A stretch of 63,603 bases of DNA, counting the filler, from Octopus bimaculoides (taxonomy: Eukaryota), in assembly GCF_001194135.2 (NCBI RefSeq). It is 5 parts of 5 records of this genome, joined end to end, with 100 filler letters (N's around TTAATTAATTAA, not from the genome) between each part and the next. Parts side by side here need not be neighbours in the genome. Positions count along the whole stretch, not along the records: positions 1 to 30,896 come from NC_068988.1; 4 more parts are not named here. The stretch is one strand, 5' to 3'. The position numbers and the translations under genes were made by a program. Positions within the stretch are counted from its first letter, which is position 1. Each line of letters starts with the position of its first letter. The notes under the pieces are model-generated. The model saw only the letters and a program-made list of their open reading frames with translations. It was not told where the DNA came from and did no database searches. Shown in pieces: positions 12,575 through 25,891 of the stretch.

Positions 12575-12697
12575 TTCTTCCAGTTATTGTTCATGTAGTT
12601 GATCATCATCATCATCATCATCATCATCTTCTTCTTCTTCTTCTTCTTCTTCTTCTTCTTCTTCTTCTTCTTCTTCTTCTTCTTCTTCTTCTTCTTC
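12362..12697. repeat. Higher-order repeat: fixed unit TTCTTCCAGTTATTGTTCATGTAGTTGAT alternating with variable (CAT)n/(CTT)n, 4 copies
   Basis: The same anchor unit recurs four times. Confidence 0.93.
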
Positions 12698-13964
12698 ACC
12701 ACACTCCCCACTTCATCTTCCACTTCCGATCTTCATTTACGAAATGAGATCATGATACTCTTTAAGAACGGAATTCAGATTTCTTAAAACTCCACCAGCG
12801 AAAGACAGCAGCGAAAAACAATATTGTGTTCACAACTTATATAGCAAAGCTGTAAGCAAGATTTATATAAGTTCTTGACTATGAAAATCAGGGAGGAGGA
12901 AATTGACTTAAATCATGTAGTGTAACATACTAAAAACCTTTCACCCAGTCACCCAACAACGAACAGAGGTATCAAATTAATAAGATAGTGTTCTGTTGCG
13001 TTAAAGCATAATTGATTACATTTCAAAGACATGTATTTTTACGAATTGGTGGCAAAGCCGCGAGTTACTGGCGTTTCCAATTGCACATACAAGATCATGT
13101 AATCGTATTAAAAGTTGCAAAAACAATCATTGAGAGGGGTATAAAAGTTGAAATCAGATTTCTTTCAGCATTTTGACCTATCTGCGACACATTTGTTTCA
13201 TTTTCTTTTTTTATTTTATTCCCTGTGTATTTTATTTTCCCGTTGCGAAGGTATGACGCAGAAAAAATAAATGAATAAAAATATTGAGAAAAAAAAAATA
13301 ATGAAAGGAGAAATAAAGAAATAAATGAATATACTTTGAACGAAAAGAAGAAAGGCTTAATGTAAAAAAAAAAACAGAAAAAAAATGGTGGAGGGGAGAA
13401 AGAAGTAAAAAAAATGGAAGTCGAAGGATGACGACAGAAAGAATGAAATTAGAAATTGTGTGAAGGTAAGAAAGAATGAGGTAAAAATGACATATACGAA
13501 AAGTAATTGAAGAAATAAGTAAATAAAAATAGGTACTCATCTAATATTCGTTGTTCGTGATTCGAAAAATCACTTTTTACATTTGCGAATAACTATGTGA
13601 CAAAATCTTAACTCAATGAGGAAAAGTCACCTGCTTAATACATGATAGTACTTTTTAGAAAACATTTTCAGCTTTTTTTTTTTTTTCTGTGGTATGATAC
13701 TTTTTATGTATTCAATATTCTTACAGCAATTTCATCTTATATATTTTCTTCTTAGTATTTTGTCATATTTTAGCATCTTTATTTGATATCTCACCTCAGT
13801 CTTTCACATCGCCTTCAAACACTAATATTTGAAATAGTTAGCATTTTGGCAGTTAGCGACTTGTGAGTTCAAGCGATATATATATATATTTTTGTTTTGC
13901 AAAAAAAAAAAAACGACATATAGTAAAGTCCTTAAAAGAGATATGTTATAAGAAAGTCAATCAC

Positions 13965-14080
<116 letters not shown>

Positions 14081-14158
14081 CTTGCGACAGTGAGTCGCTA
14101 GAAAAGTATATAGTAATTTGCGAGTTGAATCAGCTTTCATCACTATCTAGTGATTAAA

Positions 14159-14201
14159 ACACGCTGAGGACAGATAACCACCCAGGAACTCGAGTCCGTG
14201 T
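14159..14201 (+). ncRNA. Degenerate minimal hammerhead-like motif
   Basis: ACACG-CTGAGGA-CAGATAACCACCCA-GGAA-CTCGAG-TC-CGTGT. Perfect 5-bp stem I, palindromic CTCGAG, GUC triplet; GGAA instead of GAAA and a weak stem II. Confidence 0.5.
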
Positions 14202-15800
14202 GTATCACGTAAGGCTAAAGGTGGGAGCGATGACCTTCCGTGACATATACTAATCGGACACTATAACCCAGGACCGACCAATTCCGTTTTAATGAATTTG
14301 GTCGACGGAAACTGTGTGTAAGACCGTGACACGCTCATTCACACCCACATATACACATTCGTATGTATATATTTCTTGTCAGAGTGTTTGTTCTCCTCAC
14401 CGCTTGAAAACTGATGCTAGTTTGTTTACGCCCAAGTAATTTAGCTATTCAGTAAAATAGAAGTATAGAGTAAGTACCAGGTTTTAAGACAAACAAGTAC
14501 TGTGGTCGATTTCTACAGCCAAACCTTTCTAGGTAGTGCCCCAGCATGACCGGAGTTCAATGACTGGTATATGTAAAAGTAAAAGGTAAGTCTTTGACTT
14601 TCAACCACTAATGAAATATTGCGGCTGCCATGTGGGCATACGAGCATTTTAGCTCTGGGCCTGTTAGACCTAGCGTAGTCCATCAGGATACAATATGTAT
14701 TCCAGTCGATTTGTTCCGGAAATATAGAAAGAAATGTAAAATGGAAATCGTTTCCCCTTAGGGACTAGTACTTTACTTCCCTGAGAGAAATGCAATGTTG
14801 ACAATTTGACAGGTATCTAAATTCGGATACCCAAGGTAAACAATGTATGCGTGCATGTATGTATGTATGTATGTATGTATGTATGTATGTATGTATGTAT
14901 GTATGTCATTTTTCAGTTTTATTTTGAGATTTCTTGCCAATAGAGAAAGAGCTGGTTTCTAACCTAGACTCAGGGTTCCTACATGGAATTTCAACATGAA
15001 CAATACGGTATTTTTGTTTGTTTGTTTGTATGTAAGTATGAATTGTGTGAAAATCTGTATGCTTTGTTTTATGTATATATTTTCATACATATAGTTGCAT
15101 ATATAGACATACACTCACACACCTTATTGTTTTACAAAGTAAACAACAACACAAATAACTTCGCAGAGGCAGCTATGGTTGAAACAAGAACAAGAATTAC
15201 ATGCATCATTAAAAGAGAAATGAAGCACGATCATTCCTTAACTAAGTGACCTTATCTTATCGCCCATCACTTATGCGTTCATAAATTAGATTGATAGTTG
15301 AGCTCCGATTGGCTGCATGCAAATGAGTTCATAACTGGGATTCGGAACTGGCGTGCGAAAAAAATTTCGCCATCCGACGCTCATTCAGAAATCAGAATAA
15401 AAAATGCAGATAAAATTAAAAGTAATAGTGATCCGCTTTTTGGTACATAGGCATAATTAGAAAGCTACAAGATTAGTCGTATACATACACACATACACAA
15501 TTACATAATGACGCACGCACATGCATACACAAACATGCACGCACACACGCACACACATACGCGCACACAATTACACACATGTCGTTTTGTTCAGTGCTGA
15601 ACATTACTTATTTGTGAGGCTTTTATTCAATAAGAAACAAATAGTAATTGAATTTCATTGATGGATGTCAGTTGGAAAGTGAAATGTAATGGTTTGTCAT
15701 TTCTATCAAATGCCTCTATAGAGCGATTGCTGGTGGCAAAGAAGATAATTCTTTCGAAGAAAGAAATCAAAATATACCTTACCGAATCAAATAAAGGTTT

Positions 15801-15831
<31 letters not shown>

Positions 15832-15833
15832 GG

Positions 15834-16043
15834 TTTTCTACTATAGGCACGAGGCCTGAAATTTGTGTGGAGGGGGCTAACCGATCACATCGATTCCAGT
15901 ACGAAACTGGTACTTAATTTATTGACCAAGAAAGGATGAAAGGCAAAGTCGACCTCGGCGGAATTTGAACTCAGAGCGTAGCGGCAGACGAAATACCGCT
16001 AAGCGATTTACCCGACGTGCTAACGATTCTGCCAGGTCTCTGC
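15834..16043 (-). mobile_element. SINE family A embedded in (TAA)n
   Basis: Near-consensus GGCAAAGTCGACCTCGGCGGAATTTGAACTCAGAGCG; (TAA)n on both sides. Confidence 0.9.
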
Positions 16044-16110
16044 CCAATAAATAATGATGATAATGATGATAATAATAATAATGATAATAATAATAATAAT
16101 GATAATAATA

Positions 16111-16355
16111 AAAGGTGTTAGTAGTAGCAAATAATTGTTGGAGCCCTAGGAACAGTGAGTAAAAATCTTGAGAAGTACATGGAACAAATAGGGGCTGCAA
16201 TAAGGGTGGACCACTTGCAGGAAACATCACTCCTTGGGATGGCTCGAATACTTCGGATGGTGCTCGAAAAATGAGGGGTGTTACCTTAGTTCACTGGTAG
16301 TGAACAGCCGGCACCGTAGTACATTTCCAGCGTTAGAAGCCGTGCAAAGACAATA
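16111..16355 (+). mobile_element. R4/Dong-type (RLE) non-LTR retrotransposon 3' end
   Basis: Translates IVGALGTVSKNLEKYMEQIGAAIRVDHLQETSLLGMARILRMVLEK*, the RLE C-terminus; homologous to 33364-34098. Confidence 0.85.
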
Positions 16356-16379
16356 AATACAACTACAACAACAAAAGTG

Positions 16380-16555
16380 GCAATTCCGCCGGTGACGCTT
16401 CCGTTCGCTGCGCGAATGCGACGGGCAGAAGGCGAGCGCCGAGCTAAGGCATGCGCATTGAGGTTGAGACGTTTTTGGAAAACAACTCGGGTCCGGCCAC
16501 GGTTCCGGCTTAGAGGCGTTCAGCCGTTATTGCTCAGGGGGAGCCTAGTACGAAA
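16380..16555. promoter_or_regulatory. CpG-rich island with NRF1-like and ETS-like motifs; possible promoter
   Basis: GCATGCGCA 16449-16457, CTTCCG 16398-16403, TTCCGG 16503-16508; many CpG in an AT-rich background. Confidence 0.3.
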
Positions 16556-17334
16556 TAATGGATTTAAATTTAGGCACTTTGCCAACATTTTTAAGGCGAG
16601 AATGATGAAAAGCAAAAATGACCGCGCAAAATATTGAAATCAGATCTTATTAGATCTAAAGTAAATAACACAAAACATCTTGTCTGATGCTCCAACATAA
16701 TAAGATACAGAGGTTGAGGTATAAAAAATGGCAAAACGAAGAGAATCGGGTACTTCTGGAAGTTAGCTGCCAAATTGTCAGATCCATGGAATGTGCTAGT
16801 TTCAAATTCCAGTGTCTAGAATAAGATTGTTTTCAGAAAATTTATCTTCGATCCATTTTGAATAAATTGCAAAGTAATTAGCGAAATTTACCTGAAATAC
16901 TTCCATCAGTTTTGGAAGAAATTTCTAAAAATAACCTATGAATAGAGTCCCCCTTACTAAGTGGAATTTGGTGATAAATGTATTCTAGTTAATATGTGTT
17001 ATTCAAATGAATTATGCGTAAGACGAACACTAATTGGTAAATTTTACTTTACACTTCTGTCTTCTTTTCAATATTGGTAACGGGATTTCTATTAATTCTC
17101 GGAACCATGTAAGCATTCTTACACGAACTCTACTAGCATACTTATTTTAGCTCTTTTTCCCTTACATTTACATCCTCATGTTCTGCTATCTTAGCTTCTT
17201 TTTTTTTTACCAAAGTTTTCATTCTGTTTCTATCCCCCGAAAATAACTCCTTCACGAGTGATATAAACTCATAGGATCGGTTTCCCGGATACTCTAGTGT
17301 ATATACCCCAACCCTCCTGGACAAGCCGCATGTC

Positions 17335-17471
17335 TGTCGCAGAATTACTCATTTTTGACAGCTGGATGGACTCGAACAACGCGAAATGAAGTGTTTTGTT
17401 CAAGAACACAACGTATAACCTGGTTCAGGAATTGAAACCACAATCTAACGATCATGAGTCGAACATCATAA
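17335..17471 (-). mobile_element. tRNA-derived SINE (third family), diverged
   Basis: Plus strand GGAATTGAAACC...CATAATCACAAAGCTACGAGCCTCC is the reverse complement of a B-box/A-box tRNA head. Confidence 0.65.
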
Positions 17472-19475
17472 TCACAAAGCTACGAGCCTCCAAAGCACTT
17501 CGAAAATTCGCATTTATTCTTCTCAACACCTTTGATTCCTATTTTCTCCCTCTCCATTCACTGTGTTTTACATAACTTTTTAGTTTTCAATTATATTTTT
17601 TTTCTCCAAAGGCATTCAAGTAATGTCGAATCGGTCTTTCTCAGTTATCTAATACACAGATATTTTTACAGGTGCTTAATACTTCTTCCATAAAAAAAAC
17701 ATGTAATATCTTTCTAGCGCCTCGCATACCACACTCGCAATTACATCTTTCTGAACCTTCTTTACTTCTGCTTCTTTCTCTCTCTACTTTCATTCAGTTA
17801 TGTAACCACAAAACGTTATAGTTTCATTTTCAATTTTACACCTCTCCTTAATAAACATGGCTACTCAACATGAAGCGTATTGTATCAATTACAATTCATC
17901 GTGGCACAACGTCTGTGTATCGTATGTTCTTGCTTAAGCATTCAAATTTCTTTTTATCTTATTTATATATCTCTGTTTTCTTAAATTACTGTCCCATTGG
18001 AATCTGTCCGTCGTTTTGTCTTTCTTCCACACTGACCTTTCGTTCCTTTTCTTCCATTTGTTTCTCTTGTATTTCTTGGCTTTTATTTCTCTCATATATT
18101 CTCGTGTAAACATCATGTCAGAAACGTTTTTTATCTGTGTTAACCTGCAATTATACAAAGGGAAAGAAAGCGGTAAGGAAAAATTTGGAGAAACCAATGC
18201 TAACAAAAGCATACAGAGAGCGCAAACCACCGCCAAGGCAACACCAACGTCCTCTCAACGATTAGCCAGAGATGATTTTTAAAATGAGAATATCTGAAAT
18301 AAACTCAACTGCTCTCACAAAGGAGAATGCTAAAAATTAGCCCGACCGCTGTACCGGATCGATCCCAAAATGTAATCAGTTTGTGCCAGTCACGAGTCCA
18401 AACATCCCTGAAAGTATCATCCGAATCCAACCAGCGACTCTTGAGATATCTTGTCCACGGACAAACAAACGAGCAAACACGAAGTTCTTTTTATTCTCTC
18501 TCTCTCTTTATTCCCTTGTGTTCCTTTCTGTTGAAGAGCGAAGGGGCNNNNNNNNNNNNNNNNNNNNNNNNNNNNNNNNNNNNNNNNNNNNNNNNNNNNN
18601 NNNNNNNNNNNNNNNNNNNNNNNNNNNNNNNNNNNNNNNNNNNNNNNNNNNNNNNNNNNNNNNNNNNNNNNNNNNNNNNNNNNNNNNNNNNNNNNNNNNN
18701 NNNNNNNNNNNNNNNNNNNNNNNNNNNNNNNNNNNNNNNNNNNNNNNNNNNNNNNNNNNNNNNNNNNNNNNNNNNNNNNNNNNNNNNNNNNNNNNNNNNN
18801 NNNNNNNNNNNNNNNNNNNNNNNNNNNNNNNNNNNNNNNNNNNNNNNNNNNNNNNNNNNNNNNNNNNNNNNNNNNNNNNNNNNNNNNNNNNNNNNNNNNN
18901 NNNNNNNNNNNNNNNNNNNNNNNNNNNNNNNNNNNNNNNNNNNNNNNNNNNNNNNNNNNNNNNNNNNNNNNNNNNNNNNNNNNNNNNNNNNNNNNNNNNN
19001 NNNNNNNNNNNNNNNNNNNNNNNNNNNNNNNNNNNNNNNNNNNNNNNNTATATATATATATATGTACATATATACATACTTACATATGCATACATACACA
19101 CACATTATTTCCTGTCTTAAATATCAATTCTGTGGCCGTAGGTTAGCGGAGAATTTTACTGAATATCTTAGTGAATAACTCAACATTGTCTATCAGTCGC
19201 CCTTTCAGTTCACTGTCACACACTCTTCACCACCATGCACAAGTGCCTCACAACAAGGATTCCGTGCTTCTTGCTAGCCTCGGGTTTTCCTTCTTGATTA
19301 TGAATATAGCGGCCACTTCTACTTAACTACACCTTACCATATCACATACTACTCTCCAACGTTTCATCGAAACATAATAGACCATATTTCTACTCACACT
19401 TCACAGACTACGTGTATCTTTAGTACATCTATACAACCACGTAGGCTGATGTTATCGCGTTCACATTCTCGCAAG

Positions 19476-19690
19476 CACTTGACTATCGTGGGCGTTACGT
19501 TCCGAAACTCCCTGCGATAGGTAAAAATCCGCGACGTGGAAACAGAACTGTACCGTACATTGTTTTAATTATTTTTATAATTTGTATATATTTATTTTAT
19601 TATAAATGCAAAACAACACCACGGAGGAATTGACGTAAGCTTAAATAATAAACCGCGATAGGTGAACCGCGATATGTCGAGGATTACTAC
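19476..19690. mobile_element. Tigger/pogo-like MITE relic
   Basis: Repeated (C)GCGATAGGT(G)AA subterminal motifs at both ends; the right end reads GCGATATGTCGAGGATTACT, resembling a Tigger-type TIR. Confidence 0.55.
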
Positions 19691-20080
19691 ATAACGACTT
19701 ACTTCTCATACGCGTGCAAGCCCATTGATACGCACAATACAACAGCTTGTAAGAATTACATCTCCAACTATCCGTACACACAATACCCTCATCTTACCCC
19801 ACCACATACACATCAGGCACATATGTCCCTCATTTACCACACATTAATTCCATACATCATACCACCATCTAGTTATTACATCACGCATACCCGCAAGCGT
19901 GAGCACTCGGCTACGGGTGTGTGTACGCATGTGCATACATATTTACAATCTTAGCTGAATATATTATGTTATTGTCGCACATATTTCATGCGTTCGTGAA
20001 CTGTACATTATTTGCCACCTATTAGACGTTAGTTAACGTCTACATAAATGAAAGCATTATGCATCTAACTATGCTTCATT

Positions 20081-20144
<64 letters not shown>

Positions 20145-21528
20145 GGCATCAGGAGCATTGCACGTGTCACTTACTTCCCTCTTTTACTCGTTCTCTGCTT
20201 CCATTGTTTTTTTCTTTCTCTTCCACTATTCTCTTTTTTTCTCTCCCTCACTCTGCCTCGTCTCTCACTCTTTTCTCTTTCTTTCTCTCTTCATGTACTC
20301 TCAGTATGACAAAGATTTTGTTTCTTGTTCCGTTTCTTGTATTCTCCTCCCCAAATATTATATTGCGTAAGACCTGTCATGCAAAAATTCATCGTCTTTT
20401 CGGTATTGTTTACTTTTAGTGATTCGAGGATTTTATGCTTACACCAGGAGACAAATTTAGGAGATATGATTCTGTAAAATTTATTTCAGACACAAAAGTT
20501 TCGAAGTATTCTGAAGTTCTTACTATTTTTCTTTTATTGACTTGATAAAGTTTAAATCATTTTGGAACGTTCCATTTGGGAATGTGTCGCACGATTCAAT
20601 AAATTTAAGATGTACCATACATAATTAGAAAGTGGAGTATTATTTTATTTTGCAAAATGTAAACATATCTGGGTAACAACATTTCAAAATTGCTTTATCT
20701 TTGAAAATAAAGTAAAACCCCGAATTATCATATATAGATTTCGTAGATATTGCTACCATGTACAACGAATTGCTTCCAACGCTATTTCCATTTCAATCAT
20801 GGAAATTCTTGCAATTGATTTATATTGAATTTGAAATATTGTTATCATTGGATAGTGAAGAGAATATTTGATGCTTAGAATTGGCCATATTTGTTCGAAG
20901 TCATTAGTTCTCGACTACGATATTTTAATGTGGTGTTTATTAATTAACTTATGATAATTATTGTGAGAGGGCTATGGAAAGATTTTAAGCCTTAGAGTAA
21001 CAACATATGTTAATATCGGTAGAAACATCTGCTAATTAGCGGAATAAACCAGATATTAATTCTGTTTCTTCATACGCATTAAATAGCATTGTGTATGTAA
21101 TGTACTTTGCCTTTATTATCGTTATTAAAGAATTCGCCATTCTATGAGTAGAAATACATTAGGATACAGTATCGCTGGAGGACAGAGTAGAGACTCTCTT
21201 AAGAAGATATTGTCACAAAAGAACACGTAGAAAATATACGCTTTGGGTAATTTGAGTACTTAATAACTTAGAATTTTACTGTTATTCTCTATACGTATAC
21301 CTTAACTATACGTATACCTTAACTATATGTATTTGTAAATATACACGTGTGTATATTCGAGCGTGTGTGTACATAAGTCCATTCTTACAAATAAAAATAA
21401 AAGGCCTCCATATTTTGGGAGATGTAAATTTTACATTATTGAATATTAGCTGCACTTTTTATCCATTACTACTCGAAGTATCACACTGTTAAATCAAAGG
21501 TGAGATCTTTAGAGAATACATTGTAAAC

Positions 21529-21569
<41 letters not shown>

Positions 21570-22215
21570 CGAGTATCTCCCCTCTAAATACATATCCTTT
21601 TATTTTGAATTTACATATTAAAAAAAAAAAAGCCAGAAATCCCACCTAATATATTGGATCCGCTTACAGGATCGTGTATCGTTCTCTGAAATCCGAAAGA
21701 TTTACTAGACAAGGAAATCCATATTTTTCTCGACTGCTTAATTCCTGAGTTTGTCAGGCCTCATAAAGCGTATCATATATAAATATATATATATAATATT
21801 ATCTTATATCATATAATACCTGTGTGCATGCATGTATAAACACACGCATATATAATATAAATGCTTAAATGTTATCAGAAAACAAAAGAATCACAAACCA
21901 TTTTGCCGCCTCAGTTTCCTCTGCCATGTATAATAGATAGCTAAAATTCATAGGCATCGTGATCTCTGCCGTGTATGTTACAAAGAAAACCATGTATGAT
22001 GTCATTGCGTACATTGGGAAAAGAAAATGCTTCCTCAATACCAAAGAGTGTTCGAGTCTTGATCAATGTCTGAACTACCTACAAAACAAAAGAATACCTA
22101 TGAGTGAGTACTGCTCAAATTTATGACTGATGCTGCTTCTGAAATAGTTTTTAACATACTTGGCCGTATTAGAATTAAAGTATCTTGAGTGATTCGTAAT
22201 GGTCCGCATACAGGA

Positions 22216-22265
22216 ATATAGATAGATAGATATATAGATAGATAGATAGATAGATAGATAGTTAC

Positions 22266-22309
<44 letters not shown>

Positions 22310-22703
22310 ATGTATAGATAGATAGATAGATAGTTACATAGATAGATAGATAGATAGATAGATAGGTTTCTTTATTAGCCACACAGGGCTTAACACAGAG
22401 GGGACAAAATACAAATGTAGAGTTTTTCTTTTCGAGGGGGTCGAAAACAAAGCAGAAAAAAAAAACAAAAGTGGGGACAACGATGAAAAAAAACATCGCA
22501 AAACGTTTGGGGTATTTACAAAAAATACGAAATAATACAAAAAATTCCCAATAAATGGGGAGGTTATCCGTGGAAAGAAAAACCTACGAAAAGACCACGG
22601 TAACCTCGGTCTTTAGCGTCACAGTTTGTTAAATAAAATTTCTTTTATTTAAGCAAGAAACGTGAAGATAGATAGATAGATAGATAGATAGTTACATAGT
22701 TAC

Positions 22704-22767
<64 letters not shown>

Positions 22768-22771
22768 TTAC

Positions 22772-22819
<48 letters not shown>

Positions 22820-22820
22820 G
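22216..22820. repeat. (GATA)n arrays with recurrent GTTACA variant units, interrupted by a unique 300-bp piece
   Basis: Direct reading. Confidence 0.93.
22366..22666 (-). mobile_element. Probable LINE 3' UTR ending in AATAAAGAAAC-(CTAT)n
   Basis: Minus-strand end TTTGTCCCCTCTGTGTTAAGCCCTGTGTGGCTAATAAAGAAACC matches the SINE A monomer-1 tail; lies next to the RT fragment in the same orientation. Confidence 0.6.
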
Positions 22821-22825
22821 TTTTC

Positions 22826-24160
22826 TAATGCAGAAACATTGTGTCTCTGTTCCTGGTCCTGAAGGATCGAAGCATCGAACCAGCCACCCGCCTGCATAGT
22901 GTTGCCATCTGAGCAATGTGCGCATGGAAAGTTGCGTCGTTGCTTATGTAAATTTCCAAGTCACACACTGACTCTAACTCTGGAATTACATTGCCTGCTG
23001 GTCCCGTGTACTTCAGTTGTAGTTTGTTTGTGGGCTGATAGCGGAGTGCTTGAAATTTTGCGCCGTTGAACTGCATATTATTCTCATCAGCACATTTACG
23101 TATTCCGTTCAGGTGATTCTGCAATCTTAGGATGCCAGTAGGATCCTTGACCAACTGCGATACTTTTGTATCATCGGCGTAGCTGGTGAGTATGGCTGAT
23201 TATGGCTGAGGGCATGTCTGAGAGAGCAACCAGAAACAGTAGTAGACCCAGCACTGTTCCCTGAGGGACTCCATTGACGAATGGTGTCACTTCAGAGAGA
23301 GCACCATTTACTGTGACACACTGATTTCTGTCCCTTAGCAAATCATGCAGCCACTCTCCCAGTCTACCAGCGATACCGAGGTCATGCAATTTTATCACAT
23401 ATCATCCCACGATCAACTTTGTCAAGCGCCTTGGCAAAGTTGAGATATATCACCTCCACATTTGAATGGTTGAGTTGTTGTTTTACTATCCAATCGAAGT
23501 GCTGTAGTAGCTGTGTTAGGCAGCTCCGTCCAGGACGGAAACCACGTTGAGTGTCTGTAAGCAAGTCATTTTCCTCTAGAAACGTGGTCAGTCTTTTTCT
23601 GAAAATGCGTTCCATGATCTTTCTGACATGTGAGGTCAGAGAGCGTGTATAACACCTGTAGTTTATAGCATCTGCTCCGTTTCATCCTTTGTGGACAGAG
23701 CAGATTAATCCTCCTTTTAACGTTTGAGGAAATGCACCGCATTCAAAGGAACTCTGGAAAAGCATGTGTAGTGATTTTGCAAGAGGTTTCTTACATGTTT
23801 TTAACAGAATTGTTGGGAGTCCATCTGGGCCTGTTGCAGAGTTTGGCTTTATCTCGTCAATGGCCGACAATACATCCTCTTCTGTAATGTCAATGTAATT
23901 GATGGTCACTTTTTACTTTTGTAGGTTAGACGTGTTGAAGAACTCATCAGGTCTGCTTATTTTCATGTTTTCTAGTGGGGAGGTGAAAATACTTTGGAAT
24001 TGTTTATTGAGTGCTTCATTTATCTTTTTAAGGTCTGCGTTCAGTGAGCCCTTTTCATCAAACAGTGGCTCTATCATGTATTGCACTGAGGCAGACTCTT
24101 TTCCGAACTTGTAGAAGGCTTTAGGGCTTCTTTTTATATTTTCCACCACCCTGGCTTCTC
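22826..24160 (-). mobile_element. CR1/L2/Jockey-group LINE ORF2 fragment (reverse transcriptase), frameshifted
   Basis: Motifs ATGPDGL, QRGFRPGRSCLTQL, YLNFAKALDKV, GVPQGTVLG, and YADD (23170-23181) spread over several frames. Confidence 0.93.
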
Positions 24161-24714
24161 TGTGAGGAGAGCAAGTTGGTAGAAGAGAGTAGGGAGCAGG
24201 AGTTCTGCAATCGCACGGAGAATTGATTCTAAAAAGTTTAGCTGATACAAGTTATTTTTTTGTTTTTGCTTTCAAATATCCGGCTGTATGGGACAAATTT
24301 ACCTTAACAAACTTATACCATCATGTATCAATTAGCTTAAAGGGCTTTTCTCATGTATTTTTCTAAAGCCGATTTATTGATCTATTTATGAATATTTTGC
24401 ATGTTTGTATATATGTACGTCTCTATGTGAGTTTGTAAGGAGTAAAGAAAAAAAAAAGCTGAATAGATTTGAGTCGAGGATGTAAACAAAGCGATCGATT
24501 ATCGGAATGTGGCGGCGGATTTTGTTCTGTATATATATNNNNNNNNNNNNNNNNNNNNNNNNNNNNNNNNNNNNNNNNNNNNNNNNNNNNNNNNNNNNNN
24601 NNNNNNNNNNNNNNNNNNNNNNNNNNNNNNNNNNNNNNNNNNNNNNNNNNNNNNNNNNNNNNNNNNNNNNNNNNNNNNNNNNNNNNNNNNNNTGTGTGTA
24701 TATGTATATGTATA

Positions 24715-24759
<45 letters not shown>

Positions 24760-24900
24760 TTACTTTCTGGTAATCCCGCTTATTAGTTTATTTCCTTTTC
24801 TCCCAAGGGTTTCTGATCGAAAATTTAAAAAAGGATTTACGCTTATCTTCAGTATCCCAGGTGGAAGGAATCTCATTCAGCGACCACAATATCTTACTGG

Positions 24901-25206
24901 TGTATTGTATCTTACTCCAATATATTACCTAGTAATATATTGAATTACATTCGATATGCAGCGGCTTTTGGTTAGGTACTTCACTTATTTCGAACGGTTT
25001 CAAAGATTACCTTAATAATTCCACGTGGAAAATATACGATAAACTTTGTTTACCATATATTACTTCAGAGAGTGTCTACAAATACGATAACTTCCCGATG
25101 TATTCTATTTCACTCCAATATATATTCTAGTCATATATTGAATTACACTCAATATGCAGTGACTTCTGGTTGGATTATTCCACTTATTTCGAATGGTTGC
25201 AAGATA
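24901..25206. repeat. Diverged direct duplication (about 108-bp copies, about 198 bp apart)
   Basis: ACTCCAATATAT...CTAGT.ATATATTGAATTACA...ATATGCAG...CACTTATTTCGAA at 24901-25008 and 25099-25206. Confidence 0.85.
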
Positions 25207-25298
25207 TCCAAGAGAGATTTTCTTACCGATTGTCTGGAGCAAGTATTAGTACGTCTTCAACGTGCGGAGACCGGATGTACATATTTATATATATGTAT

Positions 25299-25364
<66 letters not shown>

Positions 25365-25856
25365 NNNNNNNNNNNNNNNNNNNNNNNNNNNNNNNNNNNN
25401 NNNNNNNNNNNNNNNNNNNNNNNNNNNNNNNNNNNNNNNNNNNNNNNNNNNNNNNNNNNNNNNNNNNNNNNNNNNNNNNNNNNNNNNNNNNNNNNNNNNN
25501 NNNNNNNNNNNNNNNNNNNNNNNNNNNNNNNNNNNNNNNNNNNNNNNNNNNNNNNNNNNNNNNNNNNNNNNNNNNNNNNNNNNNNNNNNNNNNNNNNNNN
25601 NNNNNNNNNNNNNNNNNNNNNNNNNNNNNNNNNNNNNNNNNNNNNNNNNNNNNNNNNNNNNNNNNNNNNNNNNNNNNNNNNNNNNNNNNNNNNNNNNNNN
25701 NNNNNNNNNNNNNNNNNNNNNNNNNNNNNNNNNNNNNNNNNNNNNNNNNNNNNNNNNNNNNNNNNNNNNNNNNNNNNNNNNNNNNNNNNNNNNNNNNNNN
25801 NNNNNNNNNNNNNNNNNNNNNNNNNNNNNNNNNNNNNNNNNNNNNNNNNNNNNNNN

Positions 25857-25891
<35 letters not shown>

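Noticed and set aside
12362-12697. Repeat-spacer pattern and poly-His/poly-Leu ORF
   Set aside because: The 'spacers' are (CAT)n microsatellite; the ORF is low-complexity.
18327-19178. Long ORFs spanning N gaps (also about 25 kb, 28 kb, 39 kb, 48.6 kb and 54 kb)
   Set aside because: The length comes from X residues in assembly gaps.
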